DNA of 64,000 nt from Clostridia bacterium (lineage in GTDB: Bacteria > Bacillota > Clostridia > Christensenellales > UBA1242): contig JAFTKS010000012.1 in assembly GCA_017453125.1 (NCBI GenBank), forward strand, positions 26,632 to 90,631, given 5' to 3'. Shown here piece after piece: positions 1 to 8,513 of the stretch. The notes beneath the pieces were generated by a model. The model worked only from the letters and a program-made list of their open reading frames with translations. It was not told the DNA's origin and made no database searches. Made by a program: the position numbers and the translations under genes. How positions within the stretch are numbered: the stretch's first letter is position 1; each line of letters begins with the position of its first letter.

Positions 1-115
1 GGCGAAAAACAGTCAAACGAGATAGTTCTAGTTTTTCAGCTATCTCATTCATAGAATGTATTTCGTTATCTTCAAGTATTTCTAAAATGCTTGCAGCAAC
101 ATCATACTTTTTCAC
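1..115 (-). CDS. N-terminal winged-helix (HTH_11-like) DNA-binding protein, runs off the left edge
   Basis: Not in the ORF track. GTG at 115 preceded by AAAGGAGG; translates MKKYDVAASILEILEDNEIHSMNEIAEKLELSRLTVFR, an HTH_11-type pattern. Confidence 0.75.
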   Translation of the reverse strand, partial: MKKYDVAASILEILEDNEIHSMNEIAEKLELSRLTVFR

Positions 116-156
116 TATGGCACCTCCTTTTAGGTTTGACACGACTATTATCACAT

Positions 157-185
157 AGGTCGTTGTATCAAAACCTGATACATCG
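157..185. promoter_or_regulatory. Dyad operator CGnTGTATC-N7-GATACAnCG, copy 1
   Basis: 27/29 nt identical to 21077-21105; lies about 40 bp upstream of the HTH gene, next to an extended -10-like TGTGATAAT on the minus strand. Confidence 0.6.
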
Positions 186-257
186 GGAACACGAATAATG
201 ACTTAAAATTATAAAATATGTCTGTTATTGTAAGAATTTGAAAATGGTAGAAATAAT

Positions 258-310
258 AAAAACCCCCAAACTGTTAAAAGGGCGCAAAGCCCAATAACAA
301 TTTAGGGGTT
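258..310 (-). terminator. Long hairpin with T-tract, probable intrinsic terminator
   Basis: AACCCC..TGTTA..GGGC-GCAAA-GCCC..TAACA..GGGGTT stem; the minus strand continues into TTTTT. Confidence 0.45.
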
Positions 311-540
311 AGTGTGTATATGGCACAATTCATTAGTTGAAATGAATTGATTATGTATTTATTGTGATAGTTTAGAAATTTAACAAACCTCAATGGCAAT
401 CACCTCAAAAGAACTCCAATATTCTTCTGCTTTTGTGTTGCCTTTATTTTACAACACATGTAATGTGTTTACAAGATTTAATACTGACATAAAAATAGTG
501 TTTTTGACTATTATTGTCAAAACTATTACATTGTGATAGA

Positions 541-589
541 AAATCGCAATCACAAAGAAAAAAACCTACTAGATTTCTCTAATAGGTTT
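541..589 (-). repeat. Repeated terminator module, copy 1
   Basis: Minus strand AAACCTATTAGA-GAAA-TCTAGTAGGTTTTTTT-CTTTGTGATTGCGATTT directly after the 595..1341 stop; 44/46 nt identical to 2577-2622. Confidence 0.85.
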
Positions 590-594
590 CTTTT

Positions 595-1341
595 TTATTT
601 TACTTTATAAGTAAAAACACCACCTTCAATCCACAAAGTAAGTGTGCGAGCTGTATTACCAAAATCACATTCGTTTAAACCAAACTCTTTTTCATCGCCA
701 ACACTATCAACTAATAAAATTTTTACACTATAACTACTCAAATCAAAAGTGGTTTTATAACACAATTCTGAACCCGTAGAACTAGTAACATCAATTGAGT
801 CGTAATCACAAGTTATTCTTAACTTGGCTTCTTGTTCCTCATACAAGTCATATATAAATAATTCATCAGTTCCTGATTTTTGAACTGTATATTCTTTTAA
901 TGGGGTTTCAAGATTTATATCACTTCCAGCATAGGTAGTAGCAGTTGTTCCATCTTCTGAAAACTTAATAATAGGATTTCTTGAAAGGATTGTTCCCACA
1001 GCCCAGTTTTCTATTGAAGTTTTAGCTTCTTCAACTGTATTGATGTTAGAATTATGTGCAATAGCTTCAATAAGTTGACGATTAGATGTATAAAAGTGTT
1101 CAACAAATTGTTCCAAAGTCAATTCTGTGCCATATGCTCCATTATCTCCTTGCTCAATGCTTGATATAGCCATGTTACTATCCCAACTTAATTCAGCAGA
1201 CCCTGCTTGAACAGTAATAGTTTTTCCTGCCAAATCTACCGGTCCACCAGATTCTGGATCTTTACCACAAGCTGATAATGCAAACGCACAAGGCAAAATT
1301 AAGCACATTGCCAAAATAAAACTTAAAAATTTCTTTTTCAT
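595..1341 (-). CDS. Lipoprotein of unknown function
   Basis: MKKK + hydrophobic stretch + lipobox LSA-C; RBS AGGAGG upstream. Confidence 0.8.
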   Translation of the reverse strand: MKKKFLSFILAMCLILPCAFALSACGKDPESGGPVDLAGKTITVQAGSAELSWDSNMAISSIEQGDNGAYGTELTLEQFVEHFYTSNRQLIEAIAHNSNINTVEEAKTSIENWAVGTILSRNPIIKFSEDGTTATTYAGSDINLETPLKEYTVQKSGTDELFIYDLYEEQEAKLRITCDYDSIDVTSSTGSELCYKTTFDLSSYSVKILLVDSVGDEKEFGLNECDFGNTARTLTLWIEGGVFTYKVK

Positions 1342-1443
1342 TCTTACCTCCTGATTTCCACAAATACTTTATTGATATTTTTAGTATAGCATATTGTTTT
1401 GAATTCTGTATCGAATTTTAAGAAATTTATTTGTATATTTTAT

Positions 1444-1484
1444 TCACAAAGAAAAAAACCTGCCAAATTTGCTCTGGTAGGTTT
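1444..1484 (-). repeat. Repeated terminator module, copy 2 (diverged)
   Basis: Minus strand AAACCTACCAGA-GCAAA-TTTGGCAGGTTTTTTT-CTTTGTGA; same tail as copies 1 and 3. Confidence 0.7.
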
Positions 1485-1542
1485 AGTTATATATCTGGGG
1501 GTATATATAATAATATATTATTTTGTGATATATTTAATATTA

Positions 1543-2529
1543 TTATCCTTTGCCCAAAACATCTTCATCTTGATTTTCTGCTGTTCTCTTGGCAATAATT
1601 TTTTTACCAAGTTCTATACCATTCTCAATATCATTTGAGTTCATAGGCACTCTACCACGAACATTTACTAATAATTCATCTTGATTTTCGTTTATTGTGC
1701 TTCTTGAAAACTCACTTCTAATAATATCTAAATACTCATCAAAAGAACATTGTAACATTTCTCTTGCTGCGATTAGATATAAACTATTTAATGTGTTTTT
1801 AATTGTTAGTGGCTCATGTTCCCAACCTTTTGGCAACATAAAGTCCCCACCACCTAATTTACAACAACCTATGCCTTGACCTTTCTTAAAGTCATATAGG
1901 CTAACAAGTTTTGCTATCATACAAGCATTGACTACTTGTTCTTGCTCATCTGTAAAATTATCAAATCTATAAAATGGCTCTGGCACATACATTCCCCATT
2001 TAGTATCACTAGCAACACATCTAGCTTGTGGAATGTAAGGTGTTACATATAATTCTTGTTCATCAACAGAATAGTAATCTATCGGTGCTACAACATGTTT
2101 ATCAACTTTCTTTAAATCCCTTAAATTTTTGGCTTCTTGTTTTACTTTCCCATACTCTACAACAGGTTGTTTTGTAAGGATTGTAACCTTCTCATCAGTT
2201 GTTTTATCAGTTAAAACATATACAAGTTGAGTTCTGCCATAATTGATAAATTCTAAATCAAAATCCTGAATTGGTTTTCCTTTACTTGTTGCAAACTTTC
2301 TAGCGTAATTATGAACAAATTTTTCTATCTTTGCGTATTCTGCCCAAGTTTCTTGATCTGGACGAGTAAAAATATAGGCTGAACACATCATTCCAATTCC
2401 CATATTTTGTTTACTTTTTTCCATAAAATAGGATTTGGCCGCCTCTAAAAGTGTTAATTCTTCACTTGTTAGATTTTTTTCGTCCAAATATTTATCAAGT
2501 ATTAGTTCGTAATATAAATCTTTATCCAT
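1543..2529 (-). CDS. Divergent protein-kinase-like fold protein (possible pseudokinase)
   Basis: N-lobe-like order: INYGRTQLVY (Gly loop), VTILTK, VKQEAKNL (alphaC Glu), HVVAPIDYY..ELYVTPYI. Start moved to ATG 2529 because TTGTAA-17-TATAAT (2564-2536) ends 6 nt upstream. Confidence 0.55.
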   Translation of the reverse strand: MDKDLYYELILDKYLDEKNLTSEELTLLEAAKSYFMEKSKQNMGIGMMCSAYIFTRPDQETWAEYAKIEKFVHNYARKFATSKGKPIQDFDLEFINYGRTQLVYVLTDKTTDEKVTILTKQPVVEYGKVKQEAKNLRDLKKVDKHVVAPIDYYSVDEQELYVTPYIPQARCVASDTKWGMYVPEPFYRFDNFTDEQEQVVNACMIAKLVSLYDFKKGQGIGCCKLGGGDFMLPKGWEHEPLTIKNTLNSLYLIAAREMLQCSFDEYLDIIRSEFSRSTINENQDELLVNVRGRVPMNSNDIENGIELGKKIIAKRTAENQDEDVLGKG

Positions 2530-2576
2530 GTGGTTATTATAGCATAAATGTAAATACATTACAATAGGGATTGAAA

Positions 2577-2622
2577 AAATCGCAATCACAAAGAAAAAAA
2601 CCTACCAGATTTCTCTGATAGG
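2577..2622 (-). repeat. Repeated terminator module, copy 3
   Basis: Differs from copy 1 only at two stem positions that form a compensatory pair (T-A to C-G). Confidence 0.85.
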
Positions 2623-2629
2623 CATTGTG

Positions 2630-2905
2630 TTATTTGAAATATTTTTTATGTAGTTCTTCTAACAGTTTTTTATTGACTTCAAATCCACTAGCATTTGCAA
2701 TTATAGCGTCAATTGTGCAATATGGACATAGTGCTGTATCACCTTTGTCATCTTTAATCCAATTTTTAATCTCTTTTGGAATAAATAGTTCTCTACAATA
2801 AAAACAACCACAAGTATCACTATTTTCTATTTCTTGTTTGTTATTTTTACTATGGTTATATGCTTGTTCTAGGATTTGATTTGTAAGTTCTATTTGTTTG
2901 TTCAT
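2630..2905 (-). CDS. Small zinc-ribbon-like protein
   Basis: CGCFYC...ALCPYC, two CxxC pairs. Confidence 0.75.
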   Translation of the reverse strand: MNKQIELTNQILEQAYNHSKNNKQEIENSDTCGCFYCRELFIPKEIKNWIKDDKGDTALCPYCTIDAIIANASGFEVNKKLLEELHKKYFK

Positions 2906-2919
2906 ATATGCCTCTATGA

Positions 2920-3186
2920 TTATTTTACCATTCGCATATAGCGATAATAATGTGATGAACCATTTTCGGTTTCTATAAGTTGTGTTGAACCATCATCATA
3001 AGTAACAAGAAATACTGTTTTAGCGCTGTTATCAGAATTGTAAAGGTCGGCCATAACCATACCATCAAACCCGTCCATCATATCACCGACAGCAAGATTT
3101 ACAAACTTATCATCTTCATCTAAACCGTCTATTTCTTCGTAAATTTCAACACTTACAATTTTCTTTCTTTTAAACAACCAACACAT
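2920..3186 (-). CDS. Hypothetical protein
   Basis: 88-aa ORF packed 8 nt after res and 14 nt before the next gene. Confidence 0.6.
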   Translation of the reverse strand: MCWLFKRKKIVSVEIYEEIDGLDEDDKFVNLAVGDMMDGFDGMVMADLYNSDNSAKTVFLVTYDDGSTQLIETENGSSHYYRYMRMVK

Positions 3187-3194
3187 ATTTACCT

Positions 3195-6110
3195 CTAAAT
3201 ATTATCAGCTTTAAATTTATCATAAGATTTAGCAACACCAAATTTAATATCAAGACCTAGTGCTTCAAAATGTTTTTTACCACATTCAATCTTAATACTT
3301 TCTTTATCTCTTAAATCTATATAGTTTGTTGAACCTTTAGTTTCAATAACGAAATAAAGTTTCTTTTCATTATCTGTTTCAATGTAAACAGCCCAGTCTG
3401 GATTATATGTTCCAATTGGTGTTGGAATTTTAAATTTATCTGGTATTTTAAAGAATAATTTTACTTCTTCATCTTTATCTAAATCTAAAGCAAAATCTCT
3501 TTCTATATTTGAGTTATCATAAATAATATGGTCATGAGTAGATTTATCTACAGCAACCGCTGTTTTATCTAGGAAAGCAAATACTTCTGATGTATTCTCA
3601 AGGTCAAATAATTCAGTAAATGAATATGATTTACCCGGCAATTTAGTGTATGTAATACCGTCAATACATTCATTTGCTCTAACATTATTGATAATTTGTG
3701 TTACTTCTTCTATAAATCTTTGTGGATTGTTTACAAAGTCTTGTAATCTATTGGAATTCAATAGAATTTGACCTATTGTATCTCTTGTCAATTTACAATT
3801 TCTAGCCAAAATACTTACAACATCTGGAATAAGAATTTCAGTATCCATATCTTCAAATCTCTTACCTTGTGTTGTGAAATCAACACCAGATTTTTGAATA
3901 TTGATTTTTGCAGTTTCTTTAGCAATCTTTGTTTTACCTATTTCATTCATTGAGTTTATTGCATTAACACACTTCTCAATAAGTTTATCTTTGCTCATGT
4001 TGATACGATAAATTGTTTTTTGTTTAATTTTATTCCAAAGTGTAATAAATTCATCATTCTCAAACACTTCATCTTTTCTCTTAACAACAACCTTTTTGAA
4101 TGCTGGCATAACAACAACTTTCTTGTTAGCACCTTCAATTTGCTTGATAATTCTATCTTTAGCTCTTTCAAATTTTTGTGGCAACTCAACTTTACCAGAA
4201 AGCAAATCATTCTTTAAGGTGTCTTTCATTTTGCCTTTTGTATCAACATAATTTTTAGTTCTAAAGAAATCCAAAATATCTCTTGCGTCTGTTGCACTTG
4301 TTTGTTTTTCTTCGCCTTGCTCATCTGTGTAAGCAATATTCACAAACATATCAATATCAAGAATTCCAAACTTAACACCAGTTTCTTCTTCAATTTCTTT
4401 TTGTAATGTATCAGCGAATTCAGCAAAACTTTCTTCAGCAATAACGTGTAAGATGTTTATTCCCTTTTCATCAACTCTCTCACCTGTTTGGTCAACACAA
4501 AGTCTTAAACCACGACCTATCTTTTGTCTGCAAGTGAATGTTGATTTATTTTCTATTAATGTGCAAATTTGGAACACATTAGGATTATCCCAACCTTCTT
4601 TTAGCGCTGAATGTGAGAATATAAATCTTAAAGGACAATCAAATGAAAGTAACCATTCTTTGTCTTTCATAATGGTATTGTATGTTGAATAGTCATCAGC
4701 AGTTTCACCATTAGTATTTTTAATTTTACCCTTCTTGTCTTTACTAAAATATCCGTCATGGACTTCTTCAGCTTCTTTTTTAAAGAATTCCTTAACTTCA
4801 GCATATCTAGATTGATTTATAAGTTCATTGTAGCATTCTTCAAATATTTGAGCATATACACCTTTTTGTGTTCCATTATCATCATATACTCTATATTTGG
4901 ATACTTCATCAATAAAGAACAATGAAAGAACTTTAATTCCTCTTTTGATATAAAGTCTTTCTTTATCAAGATGTGCTTCAATAGTTCTCTTGATTTGTTC
5001 TCTTTTTCTAGTCATTTCATCAATATCGCCAATGGTCTTGCCTAAAGATAAAAATTCAGTATTAGTAAATTCTATTTCTTCAAAGCCTTCCATAGCATTA
5101 ATACCGGCAATAATATAGCCAGAATAAATATCTCTACCAGTAATTGTTTCAAGATTACTATTTGGTTTAACTGAAACAACTTTTCTCTTAACTACACCAT
5201 TAGTCCCGGCACAATCAAGTTCAAGTTTTGCAGTATATCCATTTTCACCACTAACACTTAACAATTTGATATAAGGTTTATTAAAGTCATCAAACATCTC
5301 ATTGTTTACAACACAAATTTGTTTTACAATGTGCATATTGTAAGCGTCAACCGGTGTTAGTCTATAAACCGTATTGATTTTTTGTTTGTGAGTAGCAGAA
5401 TATCTTAATTCAAATAATGGATTAAGACCAGTAATGGCCTCACGTGCTTTTGCAGTATTATCTACACTTTGTGGTTCATCAATAATTATAATTGGATTTG
5501 TTTCTCTCAAGAATTCTTTAGCAGATTTTGGCATTGTATCAGTAACTTGATTAAACAAGTTTTCATTCTTTTTGAATGCGTCAATATTTACAATCATTAC
5601 TTCAAGATTATTTGATAAAGCAAAATCTCTTACTTCATGTCTTTTAGCAGAATTGTATATGAAAGGTTTAACACAAACACCTTCATATTCTTGTTTAAAG
5701 TATTCTCTAGTAGTTTGCATAGATTTGTAAACCCCTTCTCTAATTGCAACACTAGGAACAACGACAACAAATTTATTAAACCCATATTGTTTATGCAATT
5801 CAAGAATAGTCTTTGTGTAAACAAATGTCTTACCTGTTCCGGTTTCCATTTCAATATTAAATCGAAGCTCTTTAAGGTCTGTTAAAGGTAGCAAGTTTCT
5901 ATCTTGCACTTCTCTTAAATTTTCTTGGATTTGTTCCATAGACAAATCTAAATTGTTAGCATAACCTAACAATTCATCATGTGTCATATCAATAATATCT
6001 AATTTTTCAACTGAAAAAGTTGACGGTGCGCTTGCACAGCCTTTAAACAAATCTACAACACTCATTACAGCATTGTCTTGAAATTCCTGCTTTTTAAACT
6101 TTAGTTTCAT
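3195..6110 (-). CDS. res: Type III restriction enzyme Res subunit
   Basis: EMETGTGKT (motif I), IIIDEPQ, RYSATH, SALKEGWDNPNVFQIC, QKIGRGLRL, and C-terminal YNPDWAV..IETKG PD-(D/E)xK nuclease. Confidence 0.95.
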   Translation of the reverse strand: MKLKFKKQEFQDNAVMSVVDLFKGCASAPSTFSVEKLDIIDMTHDELLGYANNLDLSMEQIQENLREVQDRNLLPLTDLKELRFNIEMETGTGKTFVYTKTILELHKQYGFNKFVVVVPSVAIREGVYKSMQTTREYFKQEYEGVCVKPFIYNSAKRHEVRDFALSNNLEVMIVNIDAFKKNENLFNQVTDTMPKSAKEFLRETNPIIIIDEPQSVDNTAKAREAITGLNPLFELRYSATHKQKINTVYRLTPVDAYNMHIVKQICVVNNEMFDDFNKPYIKLLSVSGENGYTAKLELDCAGTNGVVKRKVVSVKPNSNLETITGRDIYSGYIIAGINAMEGFEEIEFTNTEFLSLGKTIGDIDEMTRKREQIKRTIEAHLDKERLYIKRGIKVLSLFFIDEVSKYRVYDDNGTQKGVYAQIFEECYNELINQSRYAEVKEFFKKEAEEVHDGYFSKDKKGKIKNTNGETADDYSTYNTIMKDKEWLLSFDCPLRFIFSHSALKEGWDNPNVFQICTLIENKSTFTCRQKIGRGLRLCVDQTGERVDEKGINILHVIAEESFAEFADTLQKEIEEETGVKFGILDIDMFVNIAYTDEQGEEKQTSATDARDILDFFRTKNYVDTKGKMKDTLKNDLLSGKVELPQKFERAKDRIIKQIEGANKKVVVMPAFKKVVVKRKDEVFENDEFITLWNKIKQKTIYRINMSKDKLIEKCVNAINSMNEIGKTKIAKETAKINIQKSGVDFTTQGKRFEDMDTEILIPDVVSILARNCKLTRDTIGQILLNSNRLQDFVNNPQRFIEEVTQIINNVRANECIDGITYTKLPGKSYSFTELFDLENTSEVFAFLDKTAVAVDKSTHDHIIYDNSNIERDFALDLDKDEEVKLFFKIPDKFKIPTPIGTYNPDWAVYIETDNEKKLYFVIETKGSTNYIDLRDKESIKIECGKKHFEALGLDIKFGVAKSYDKFKADNI

Positions 6111-6121
6111 TTTATTTTTCC

Positions 6122-6463
6122 TTAATAATTCAAAAATTCAATTTGAATTCTTTTATTACATCTATTCCATTCGTCAGTTAATTCTTGTTTGTGAGATAAA
6201 GTCCATTTATTAACTTCTTCAAGAGTTTTACGATTAAGTCTATTATCTCTATCAATTATTTCCCAAGTATCAATATAAATTTCACCAATTTTACGATTAT
6301 TTAAAGTAATATGAGCATGTGGCCTACTATGTTTTGCATTATCTTCATTGTAAACATAAATACTTAAAACGCTATTAAATCTCTGAACCCGGTCCCTCTG
6401 CTCAATAACTCTAAATCCATAAAGTAAGGATAATTTATGTAGTAAGTTTAAATCAATAAACAT
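6122..6463 (-). CDS. DUF4160-like small protein
   Basis: SIYVYNED..HSRPHAHI..GEIYID..W...ELTDEWN pattern typical of DUF4160; sits between mod and res. Confidence 0.7.
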   Translation of the reverse strand: MFIDLNLLHKLSLLYGFRVIEQRDRVQRFNSVLSIYVYNEDNAKHSRPHAHITLNNRKIGEIYIDTWEIIDRDNRLNRKTLEEVNKWTLSHKQELTDEWNRCNKRIQIEFLNY

Positions 6464-6465
6464 TA

Positions 6466-8499
6466 TTAGAACAGCCTCATTTCCTTGTTCTTTGATTTAA
6501 GGATTTCTTGTGTATTAATAAGAAGATTATCATCAGAGAAACATCTATCAGCAAATAAGTATGTTCCAACACTTTCATTAGCAAATTCTTCAATATCTTC
6601 AAGTTTGATATTCATTTCAGAACATACTAATAGTTTATAATCTTCACCATTTACAATATAACCCTTACCATTAGCAGTTTTTGTAACCGGTAATGTTAAA
6701 TCAATACCATATTTAAGCATAATTTCATAAACAAGGTCAATTTCAGTTCTACCATCTTCAAGATAATCAAAGCTGATTTGTCTAATTCTATTAGCAACTT
6801 CTTCAGCATTTTTAGTTGGTTCATTGTTCCATTTTTTAAGGTTAGAACTATCCAACTTAAACACTCTAAAGCCAACATCTAATTTCTCTGGATTATATTT
6901 ATAAATGTCTTTAGGTTCATGAATAAATCTGCTTTCAGATGTAATTTCACCTGTTTCATTATCTTTGTATTCAACATGACATAAATCACCAGCTGTTCCA
7001 GAAGATAACAAAGTCTTTCCTTCAATTTTTCTTTCTAGTCCATGTTGTTTTAATTCTTCTTGGATTTTTTGACCAGCTCTGCGAATTCTCTCTTTTCCAA
7101 TTTCACAAATATTTTCATATCCTGCCCTAAAAGCTTCACTATTTTCTTCAGTTTTTTCTGGTAATTGAACACAAATAAATTTTCTATCACCACCATCTTC
7201 AGCGTTTAGTTGAAAAATAGAATGTGGTGTTGTAGCAGAGCCTGAAAAGAAATCAAGAATAATTGAATTTTTATCTGTCGCAATTTCAATAAAATCCTTT
7301 ATTAATTCAACCGGCTTGCTATAATTAAAGATTCTAGCGCCAAAAAGTTCTTTTATAACCTTTACACCATTTCCGCTACTATAACCTTCTTTATAAAATA
7401 AAGTCTTTGGTTTTACACTAGGAATATTGTTTTCAGGTCTTATTTTTCTATTTATTTGATATTCACCATCATCATAAGTAACAATAATATTATGTCTTTC
7501 GTTTATTAACTTTTCTTTCGACCAACGCCAAGTCATTTCTTTTCCATTAGATAATGGTATCATTTCGTAATTATGAATATCATCTCTTGTTAAAGAAAAC
7601 GTTCCTTCTTTAGATAAATATATTGGATAAAATAGATTTGGTCTAAATTCTCTAGCACCATTTTCACCACTACCCTTTAGAGTAGCAACCTTATAATATC
7701 CATATTCATCTTCTTCCCATTCTTCTTTAATTTTATTTTTATCTTTAATTCTTAAATTGTTGAAAATTGGTTGTTTGTAACTCTTACTATACACTAAAGT
7801 ATATTCATGTGTTCCAGAAAATCCATATTCATCATTATTACCCTTTAGGTTCATAATAGTTGGCAATACTGCAATAAAATTCAACTCTCCAAAAACATCA
7901 TTACATATCTTTTTTAGATTATCAACTTCATTATCATCAATTGAAATAAAAATTAAACCATCTTCAGTAAGTAAATTTCTAGCCAACTTTAATCTAGGAT
8001 ACATCATATTTAGCCAATTTGTATGATAACGACCATCAGTATCAGCATTAGATTTTTGTGCTTGTCCTGTAATTTCTTTGTAATTAGCAATATTATCATT
8101 AAAATTATCTTTATATACAAAATCTCTACCAGTATTATATGGCGGATCTATATAAATCATTTTAATTTTGCCATTATAAGAAGATTGCAAAAGTTTAAGA
8201 ACCTCAAGGTTGTCCCCTTCAATATAGATGTTTTTGGTTGTATCCCAATTTTTACTCTCACTTTCACAAGGTCTTAAAGTTCCAGTAGAACGTTTTTGAG
8301 CAAGTTTGGTTGCTTCTGTTTTTCCATTCCAAACAAAAGAATATTGTTCTTTATCATTAGAAATATCTTGACCTAATAATAGCTCAAGCTCATTAAAATC
8401 TATTTTATTATCTCTAATAATTGACGGAAAAAGTTCCTTTAATTTCTCGATATTATCTTTCACAATATCTTTTGTCATACCATCTAATCTTTCAATCAT
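6466..8499 (-). CDS. mod: Type III R-M Mod subunit (N6-adenine methyltransferase)
   Basis: YIEGDNLEVLK, IYIDPPYNTG (DPPY), WLNMMYPRL, ILDFFSGSATT (FxGxG), EIGKERIRRA. Confidence 0.95.
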   Translation of the reverse strand: MIERLDGMTKDIVKDNIEKLKELFPSIIRDNKIDFNELELLLGQDISNDKEQYSFVWNGKTEATKLAQKRSTGTLRPCESESKNWDTTKNIYIEGDNLEVLKLLQSSYNGKIKMIYIDPPYNTGRDFVYKDNFNDNIANYKEITGQAQKSNADTDGRYHTNWLNMMYPRLKLARNLLTEDGLIFISIDDNEVDNLKKICNDVFGELNFIAVLPTIMNLKGNNDEYGFSGTHEYTLVYSKSYKQPIFNNLRIKDKNKIKEEWEEDEYGYYKVATLKGSGENGAREFRPNLFYPIYLSKEGTFSLTRDDIHNYEMIPLSNGKEMTWRWSKEKLINERHNIIVTYDDGEYQINRKIRPENNIPSVKPKTLFYKEGYSSGNGVKVIKELFGARIFNYSKPVELIKDFIEIATDKNSIILDFFSGSATTPHSIFQLNAEDGGDRKFICVQLPEKTEENSEAFRAGYENICEIGKERIRRAGQKIQEELKQHGLERKIEGKTLLSSGTAGDLCHVEYKDNETGEITSESRFIHEPKDIYKYNPEKLDVGFRVFKLDSSNLKKWNNEPTKNAEEVANRIRQISFDYLEDGRTEIDLVYEIMLKYGIDLTLPVTKTANGKGYIVNGEDYKLLVCSEMNIKLEDIEEFANESVGTYLFADRCFSDDNLLINTQEILKSKNKEMRLF

Positions 8500-8513
8500 A
8501 GTGTTGCTCCTTA

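Noticed and set aside
280-291. GGGCGCAAAGCC resembles part of the c-di-GMP-I riboswitch
   Set aside because: The upstream GGCAAAC..GAAA P2 arm is absent; the bases are explained as the apex of a long terminator-like hairpin.
6466-8499. Phase-variable mod (phasevarion)
   Set aside because: I saw no simple-sequence repeat tract in or upstream of mod, and the frame is intact.
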